From Flavobacteriaceae bacterium (GTDB taxonomy: Bacteria; Bacteroidota; Bacteroidia; Flavobacteriales; Flavobacteriaceae), in the NCBI GenBank assembly GCA_029268555.1, contig JAQWNN010000041.1:56-64055 (forward strand): a stretch of 64,000 nt of DNA. The letters are read 5' to 3'. This document shows positions 57,975 to 64,000 of this stretch, piece after piece. Both the position numbers and the translations under genes were made by a program. The notes below the pieces were generated by a model. The model was not told the DNA's origin, made no database searches, and saw only the letters and a program-made list of their open reading frames with translations. The stretch's first letter is position 1; each line of letters opens with the position of its first letter.

Positions 57975-59582
57975 TTAAATCACCATTGTCAAAGGATTCT
58001 CAACAAACTTACGTAGGGTCTGTAAAAACTGAGCTCCTGTTGCACCATCCACTACTCGGTGGTCACAAGCGAGGGTTAGTTTCATGGTATTTCCTACAAC
58101 AATTTCACCTTCTTTAACAATTGGTTTTTGAACAATGGCTCCTACAGATAAGATGGCCCCATTCGGTTGGTTGATAATTGAGGTGAAATCTTGTATCCCA
58201 AACATGCCTAAATTAGAAATAGTAAAGGTACTTCCATCCATTTCTTCAGGTTTTAATTTTTTATCTCTTGCACGAAATGCATAATCTTTAACTGTTGCAC
58301 CAATCTGCATTAGAGATTGCTCATCTGTAAATTTGACTACTGGAACAACCAAACCATCTTCTACGGCTACGGCAACTCCAACATGGACATGATGGTGTTG
58401 AGTTATCTGATGGTCTTCCCACTTGGAGTTTACCTCAGGGTGTTGCTTTAATGCTAATGCTACAGCTTTGACAACAATATCATTAAAGGATATTTTAGTA
58501 TCAGGAATAGAGTTATATTGAGAACGGAAAGAGATAGCGTTATCCATATCAAATTCTACGCCCAAGTAATAATGAGGAGCTGAAAATTTTGAGATCGACA
58601 AACGCTTAGCTATTGTTTTTCGCATCTGTGAATTAGCTAACTCTGTAACTGATTCTTCTCCACTAGGAGTAAATGTTTGTAGCCCCCCTCCAGCTTTTTG
58701 CTCATAGTTATTAATATCTCTTTTAATTATTCTTCCGTGATCTCCAGAACCTTGGACTCTATTTAGATCTATCCCTTTTTCGACAGCTAATTTTTTAGCT
58801 AAAGGTGAAGCAATAATTCTCCCATTTGATTTGGCTTTAGCTAATGAAAGAGTTGAAACTTCAGGAACTGATTTTACTTCTGGTACCACTTCTGTTATTG
58901 GGGGGGTCCTTTCTACTTTTCGTGTTGACGTGACATCAACAGTACTTGACTGGGAATGAGAAGCAAGGACTCCACTAATATCAGTCCCTTTTTTACCAAT
59001 AATAGCAAGAACACTGTCAACAGGTGCAGACTCCCCTTCATTCAAACCAATATACAACAAGGTGCCTTCATGGAAGGATTCAAATTCCATAGTGGCTTTA
59101 TCTGTTTCAATTTCAGCCAATATATCTCCTTCGTCAACAACGTCTCCAACTTTTTTATTCCATTTTGCTACGGTTCCCTCTTCCATGGTGTCACTTAATC
59201 TAGGCATATTAATAACCTCAATACCCTCAGGAATTTCTGCTTGATTAGCAGTATTTAATCCTTCCTCAACTTGAGGTGTTCGATTGACTTCAGATTGATT
59301 ATTAGTTGCCTCAATTGGGGTTAGAATACTCGAAATATCTTCCCCTTTTTCACCTATAATTGCAAGTAGGGTGTCAACAGGTGCTGTTCCTCCTTCTTTA
59401 ATGCCAATATGAAGTAATTGTCCTTCGTTAAAGGATTCAAATTCCATAGTAGCTTTATCAGTTTCAATTTCAGCTAATATATCACCTTCGTTAATGGTAT
59501 CACCTACTTTTTTAAACCACTTGGCTACAGTTCCTTCTTCCATGGTATCACTTAACCTCGGCATATTTATTATTTCAGCCAT
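57975..59582 (-). CDS. Dihydrolipoamide acetyltransferase (E2) of a pyruvate-dehydrogenase-type complex, with two lipoyl domains
   Basis: Two lipoyl-lysine motifs (EIETDKATMEFES, present twice). It also has a peripheral subunit-binding domain (ASPLAKKLAVEKGIDL) and the catalytic motif DHRVVDGA. Confidence 0.92.
   Translation of the reverse strand: MAEIINMPRLSDTMEEGTVAKWFKKVGDTINEGDILAEIETDKATMEFESFNEGQLLHIGIKEGGTAPVDTLLAIIGEKGEDISSILTPIEATNNQSEVNRTPQVEEGLNTANQAEIPEGIEVINMPRLSDTMEEGTVAKWNKKVGDVVDEGDILAEIETDKATMEFESFHEGTLLYIGLNEGESAPVDSVLAIIGKKGTDISGVLASHSQSSTVDVTSTRKVERTPPITEVVPEVKSVPEVSTLSLAKAKSNGRIIASPLAKKLAVEKGIDLNRVQGSGDHGRIIKRDINNYEQKAGGGLQTFTPSGEESVTELANSQMRKTIAKRLSISKFSAPHYYLGVEFDMDNAISFRSQYNSIPDTKISFNDIVVKAVALALKQHPEVNSKWEDHQITQHHHVHVGVAVAVEDGLVVPVVKFTDEQSLMQIGATVKDYAFRARDKKLKPEEMDGSTFTISNLGMFGIQDFTSIINQPNGAILSVGAIVQKPIVKEGEIVVGNTMKLTLACDHRVVDGATGAQFLQTLRKFVENPLTMVI
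58977..59576 (-). repeat. Intragenic tandem duplication encoding the two lipoyl domains of E2 (period about 360 nt)
   Basis: Residues 4-84 and 124-204 are near-identical in pattern (INMPRLSDTMEEGTVAKW.KKVGD...EGDILAEIETDKATMEFESF.EG.LL.IG). Confidence 0.85.
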
Positions 59583-59585
59583 CTG

Positions 59586-60584
59586 TTATAATTTGTGTTT
59601 AATAAAAGGATAATTCTCTTGTTCGTAAACTACGTCATACATGAGGGTTAAGTCTGGATAGGGTGAAGATTCAGCAAATTTTTCACATTCAGCGACACGT
59701 TCTTTTATGGACTTATCTACTAAATCCAGTTCTATTTGGGTAGCATACTTTTTGGATAAAATCACCTCTTTGACCTGTGTTATTGGATCGATTTTACGAT
59801 ATTCTTCTACCTCATCCTTAGTCCTGTATTGCTGAGCATCAGACATTGAATGTCCTCTGTAACGATAAGTTTTCATTTCAATAAAAGAGGGACCTCCACC
59901 TGAACGTGCTAACTTTATAGCTCTATCCATGGTTTTAGCAACTGCAACTGGATTCATTCCATCACAGGGTTCACAGGGCATGTTATATCCAAGACCTAAT
60001 TTCCAAATTTCTTCGTGAGAGGCTGTTCTTGCTACAGATGTACCCATTGCATACCCATTGTTTTCAACTACAAATACAACTGGTAATTCCCATAACATTG
60101 CCAAGTTTAAAGTTTCATGCAGTGATCCTTGGCGGGCAGCTCCATCTCCTAAAAAACAAAGAGTTACATTGTCTCTTTTAAAATATTTATCTCCAAAAGC
60201 CATACCAGCACCAAGTGGGATTTGACCACCCACAATACCATGTCCTCCATGGAATTTATGCTCTTTAGAAAAAATATGCATAGATCCACCAAGTCCTTGA
60301 GAGGTGCCTGTAGATTTACCATAAAGTTCCGCCATCACACGCATGGGATCAACACCCATTCCTATGGGTTGAACATGATTTCTATAAGCCGTGATCATAC
60401 GATCCTTTCCAATCTCCATTGCGTGGAGAGAGCCAGCTAATACAGCTTCCTGACCATTGTATAAATGTAAAAAACCACGAACCTTTTGTTGAATGTAAAC
60501 TGCCGCAAGCTTGTCTTCAAACTTTCGCCAAAAAAGCATATTTTCATACCAATTGAGATAAGTTTGTTTTGTAATTTTCTTCAT
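59586..60584 (-). CDS. pdhA: Pyruvate dehydrogenase E1 component, alpha subunit
   Basis: The TPP-binding motif runs GDGAARQGSLHE...VENNGYAMGT. The gene is 332 aa and lies directly upstream of E2. No E1-beta gene is present in the window. Confidence 0.9.
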   Translation of the reverse strand: MKKITKQTYLNWYENMLFWRKFEDKLAAVYIQQKVRGFLHLYNGQEAVLAGSLHAMEIGKDRMITAYRNHVQPIGMGVDPMRVMAELYGKSTGTSQGLGGSMHIFSKEHKFHGGHGIVGGQIPLGAGMAFGDKYFKRDNVTLCFLGDGAARQGSLHETLNLAMLWELPVVFVVENNGYAMGTSVARTASHEEIWKLGLGYNMPCEPCDGMNPVAVAKTMDRAIKLARSGGGPSFIEMKTYRYRGHSMSDAQQYRTKDEVEEYRKIDPITQVKEVILSKKYATQIELDLVDKSIKERVAECEKFAESSPYPDLTLMYDVVYEQENYPFIKHKL

Positions 60585-60683
60585 AAAATCCTAATAAATA
60601 ACCCCCATTACTCTGTGTAAAATTACTGATTTCTATCCTTAAGGTGAAATATTAATAGTAATTTATTCTTAAAGAAAATTAAT

Positions 60684-61859
60684 TTATTGATTGATTACTT
60701 CCACGGGAGATTGAGGAATTCGGCTTTCAAGGTTTAAGGATACTGAAAAACGAATTGTATTTTCTAATGGGTTACGAACACTTGATGTTGAAAATAAATA
60801 TGATATATCGATATTCATGAAATTCAGATCAAACCCTGCACCTAAAGTTAAATAACGTCGTGATCCTTTGTCTTGACTCTCATTAAAATATCCTGTTCTT
60901 AAAGAAAAGGTATTTTGAAACAAATATTCTAAGCCAATAGCAAGAGTCACTTCACTAAGTTCTTCTGAAAGTCCACTTGGGGCATCGCTAAATGAAGAGA
61001 AGATACCTTTGAGAAAATCGATATCTGGTTGTTGATAGCCAGAAAAAATACCATCATCATTGTATACTGCTACCGGGGTTGGAACTAATAACTTATTAAA
61101 TTCAGTATATATTCCTAAACTATTTTGATCATCATATATTAAATTTAAACCAAAACCCAATTTGAAATTAGTAGGGATAAAACTTTTTTTACCACCCATA
61201 TCATAATTTAGTCGAGGACCTATATTAGAAATATTTATTCCGCCACTAAAAACTGCATTATTATTACCGAAATCAAAAGGACTAGTTTGGTAAAAACCTG
61301 CAATATCAATTCCCAATGTATTAGCGGAAGAGGTATCAGCATCTAACGAAATTTTTAAATCTGATCGAATATAACGTGTAGCAATAGCCATGGAAAACTT
61401 TTCGCTTAACTTTAAAGCGTAAGACAAATCAAGGGATAATTCAGATGGACGCTCTTGTCCTTGATCTATGATAGAACCTCCTACAAATTCATTAAATTGG
61501 ATGTTTCCAAGGCTGTAATATTTCAAGCTTGTTGCCCAAGAACTTCGATCATTGAGCTTTTTATAAAAAGCAAGATTCCCCAAAAATATATCATCTACTA
61601 GTTTATTTAAATAAGGGGTGTAACTTATTCCAATACCTTTTTCCGAAGTAGCAAAGGCATATTTGGCAGGATTCCATTGTTGAGAGTATGCATCTACTGG
61701 AGTTGCAACACCAAGTTCTCCCATACCTGCTGATCTAGCATCTGGTGTAATTAACAAAAAGGGAACTCCAGTAGAAATGACACGACTAGAATTTTGACCA
61801 TAACCAAAAATTGATATAAGTAAAATGTAAAGCAGCAGATGTAAGCTTAATGATTTCAA
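60684..61859 (-). CDS. porV: Type IX secretion system outer-membrane protein PorV (LptO)
   Basis: 391-aa beta-barrel with a signal peptide. The N-terminal motif GVPFLLITPDARSAGMGELGVAT...QWNPAKYAF is characteristic of PorV. The gene lies next to gldJ. Confidence 0.82.
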   Translation of the reverse strand: MKSLSLHLLLYILLISIFGYGQNSSRVISTGVPFLLITPDARSAGMGELGVATPVDAYSQQWNPAKYAFATSEKGIGISYTPYLNKLVDDIFLGNLAFYKKLNDRSSWATSLKYYSLGNIQFNEFVGGSIIDQGQERPSELSLDLSYALKLSEKFSMAIATRYIRSDLKISLDADTSSANTLGIDIAGFYQTSPFDFGNNNAVFSGGINISNIGPRLNYDMGGKKSFIPTNFKLGFGLNLIYDDQNSLGIYTEFNKLLVPTPVAVYNDDGIFSGYQQPDIDFLKGIFSSFSDAPSGLSEELSEVTLAIGLEYLFQNTFSLRTGYFNESQDKGSRRYLTLGAGFDLNFMNIDISYLFSTSSVRNPLENTIRFSVSLNLESRIPQSPVEVINQ

Positions 61860-62069
61860 AACTCAAAAATATTATTTCTTATTAACGTTTAATAAGCCCA
61901 ATTTCTTATAGGGGTTTTTGATTTTTACGAATTCATTGCTTTAAAAACAATATTTTTTAAAGAGTAACGTTGTATAATAAGCCAAACAAATTAAATTAAA
62001 ACGTATTTCTTTTAAAGAAAACGATAATTCGTATATTGCGTTATGTTTATGAAAATTATCTTGAACTAT

Positions 62070-63743
62070 ATGAAATTGAGTCAATTCAAACAACTTTTAC
62101 TTACATGTCTGGGACTTTTCGTAATCGCTTCATGCGGTGGGGGAAATAATGCTTCTAAAGCAACCGGCTGGGATATTAATTCCAAAAAAGGAGGTTTTCA
62201 ATTCAATGTTGAATTTGAAGATCAAGAAACAGGTCCAGGACTTGTTTTTATTGAAGGTGGAACATTTACAAAAGGGCAAGTTCAAGACGATGTTATGCAT
62301 GACTGGAACAATACTCCAAATAAGCAGCATGTCATGTCATTTTATATAGACGAAACTGAGGTCACCAACCTCATGTACATGGAATATTTAGATTGGTTAG
62401 AATATGTTTTCCCTACCTCTGAGACTCGATATAGACAAATTTATGAAGGTGCTCTTCCTGATACACTTGTTTGGAGAAACCAATTGGGCTATGTTGAAGA
62501 ATTAACTACAAATTATTTACGCCATCCTGCATATGCAGAATACCCTGTTGTTGGCGTAAATTGGCTTCAAGCGGTTCAGTATGCTGAATGGAGAACAGAT
62601 CGAGTAAATGAATACATATTAGAGCGTGAGTCTTATGTTCAAAAAGATGTGCGCTACACTGAAGTCGAAACTAACAGTACATTTAACACTGCAGCTTACC
62701 TAAAGAGACCCGAGACTGTTTATGGAGGTAAAATGGACAGTATAAGCGGTAAAAAAGCTGAAGTAAAAAAAGGAGATTCAATTGTAAAAGCATATGCTGG
62801 AGTTGAAAAAGGCATATTACTTCCCTCCTACCGACTTCCAACTGAAAGTGAATGGGAATATGCAGCTCTAGCTTTAGTTGGAGACAGAGAATACAACACT
62901 TATAGAGGTAAGAAAAAATATCCATGGTCTGGTGAATACACTCGCTCAAGTGATAGAAGAACAGAAGGTGACCAACTTGCAAACTTTAAACTAGGAAAAG
63001 GTGATTATGGTGGAATAGCTGGATGGTCTGATGATGGAGCAGATATTACTATCCAAGTAAAGCAGTACCCTCCAAATGACTTTGGAATTTATGATATGGC
63101 TGGTAATGTAGCCGAGTGGGTTTCTGATGTATACAGACCTATTGTTGATGATGAAGCAAATGACTTCAATTATTATCGTGGTAATGTTTATTTGAAAAAT
63201 GTGATAGGTGAAGATGGAAAAGCTATAACAATTTCTCCGGATGAATTAGTATTTGATACTTTACCAAATGGTAAGGTTTTGCTCAAAAAATTGCCTGGTG
63301 ATTTAGCTCAAGTAGCAATTGATGAAGAAGAAACTTTCCTCCGCCAAAATTTTTCTGAAAGTGACAATCGTAATTTTAGAGACGGTGATGTAGAATCTTC
63401 AAGGAGCTTCTCATCTGGAGCATCTGATGACGATGGAAATGAAAAAAAATCTGAAACATCATTAATGTACGATGCGCCAGAACTCCCTAAAGTAAATTAC
63501 GATGGTGATAATATAAACAGAGAGATTGATGGCTCATCAAAAAGAACAACTTTAATTACCGACGAAGTAAGAGTCTATAAAGGAGGTTCATGGAAAGACA
63601 GAGCATATTGGTTAGATCCAGCACAAAGAAGATACCTCCCTCAATATATAGCAACAGACTATATTGGCTTCCGTTGTGCAATGTCACGATTAGGATCTAA
63701 AAGTAAAGTCAAAAAGACAGCCCGCCACAAAAGACGCGGATAA
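62070..63743 (+). CDS. gldJ: Gliding motility lipoprotein GldJ (FGE/SUMF1-like fold)
   Basis: Lipobox FVIASCGG. FGE-sulfatase-like motifs GGTF, VNW..A..YAEW, LPTE.EWEYAA and DM.GNV.EW. It has a basic C-terminal tail and lies upstream of murF, as in Flavobacterium. ATGs at 62043 and 62049 are also possible starts. Confidence 0.85.
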   Translation: MKLSQFKQLLLTCLGLFVIASCGGGNNASKATGWDINSKKGGFQFNVEFEDQETGPGLVFIEGGTFTKGQVQDDVMHDWNNTPNKQHVMSFYIDETEVTNLMYMEYLDWLEYVFPTSETRYRQIYEGALPDTLVWRNQLGYVEELTTNYLRHPAYAEYPVVGVNWLQAVQYAEWRTDRVNEYILERESYVQKDVRYTEVETNSTFNTAAYLKRPETVYGGKMDSISGKKAEVKKGDSIVKAYAGVEKGILLPSYRLPTESEWEYAALALVGDREYNTYRGKKKYPWSGEYTRSSDRRTEGDQLANFKLGKGDYGGIAGWSDDGADITIQVKQYPPNDFGIYDMAGNVAEWVSDVYRPIVDDEANDFNYYRGNVYLKNVIGEDGKAITISPDELVFDTLPNGKVLLKKLPGDLAQVAIDEEETFLRQNFSESDNRNFRDGDVESSRSFSSGASDDDGNEKKSETSLMYDAPELPKVNYDGDNINREIDGSSKRTTLITDEVRVYKGGSWKDRAYWLDPAQRRYLPQYIATDYIGFRCAMSRLGSKSKVKKTARHKRRG

Positions 63744-63751
63744 AAAATTGT

Positions 63752-63785
63752 AAAAGCATCTTAGTAATAAGATGCTTTTTTTTTA
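63752..63785 (+). terminator. Rho-independent terminator after gldJ
   Basis: AAGCATCTTA (63754-63763), loop GTAA, TAAGATGCTT (63768-63777), followed by a T-run. Confidence 0.8.
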
Positions 63786-63787
63786 AC

Positions 63788-64000
63788 ATGGAGATAGCAA
63801 CGCTTTATAATTTCTTTCTAAATGCATCAGGAATTTCTACGGATTCACGAAAGTTAGAAGAAGGAGCTTTGTTTTTTGCCCTTAGTGGCCCTAATTTTGA
63901 TGGCAATCATTTTGCAGAACAAGCACTAAAAAAAGGGGCTTTGGGAGTTGTAATTGATAACCCAAATTTAACAATAAAAGGAAAGAAAGTAATTCTAGTA
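63788..64000 (+). CDS. murF: UDP-N-acetylmuramoyl-tripeptide--D-alanyl-D-alanine ligase, N-terminal fragment (continues beyond window)
   Basis: The translation MEIATLYNFFLNASGISTDSRKLEEGALFFALSGPNFDGNHFAEQALKKGALGVV matches the MurF N-terminal pattern (DSR...FFAL.G...DG..F). Confidence 0.85.
   Translation, partial: MEIATLYNFFLNASGISTDSRKLEEGALFFALSGPNFDGNHFAEQALKKGALGVVIDNPNLTIKGKKVILV

Noticed and set aside
1-64000. Search by eye for CRISPR arrays, IS elements or transposases, integrases, phage genes, restriction-modification or other defence islands, and rRNA genes.
   Set aside because: None was found. The only tRNA has no adjacent integrase or direct repeats, and there are no spaced identical repeats. 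Every ORF over 100 aa apart from the shadow ORFs has a housekeeping or envelope-related assignment or is a single conserved hypothetical.

Overview
This is an AT-rich, very gene-dense chromosomal segment in which many gene junctions overlap by 1-4 nt. It comes from a member of Bacteroidota, most likely a Flavobacteriia-like organism. The evidence is the gliding genes gldB, gldC and gldJ, the T9SS gene porV, a SusC/SusD pair, a short 287-aa primary sigma factor and a TAnnTTTG-type -7 box.

The content is almost entirely core housekeeping:
- rpsO-pnp, rpoD and rpe.
- A complete 13-gene dcw cell-division/cell-wall cluster on the minus strand (mraZ-rsmH-ftsL-ftsI-murE-mraY-murD-ftsW-murG-murC-ftsQ-ftsA-ftsZ), followed by a yqeY-like gene and tRNA-Arg(UCG).
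- engB, nadE, dnaG, a polyprenyl synthase, rlmN, queA, aroA, mpl, obg, adk and purKE.
- An M3 peptidase, gcvP, a KAS III-like gene, mlaEF-like ABC genes, and pyruvate dehydrogenase E1-alpha/E2.
- porV, gldJ and the start of murF.

I found no CRISPR array, transposase, integrase, prophage remnant or recognisable defence or toxin module. I could not identify a discrete novel multi-gene system, and I say so rather than force one.

The items most worth a second look are:
1. A single in-frame TAG that splits an otherwise intact pnp exactly at a conserved Gln codon.
2. A 1007-aa, signal-less, three-domain protein (APH-type kinase + M23 peptidase + AGXT2L-type class III PLP enzyme). It is transcribed divergently from an orphan SusC/SusD pair.
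3. A DnaG primase whose zinc-ribbon has lost all four metal ligands.
4. An orphan LuxR-type response regulator with Glu at the phospho-acceptor position.
5. A textbook triple AAAGTGG MraZ operator overlapping the dcw promoter.
6. Twin 13-bp palindromes upstream of an OmpA/TSP3 gene.

All functional calls rest on motif recognition by eye. No database search was run.
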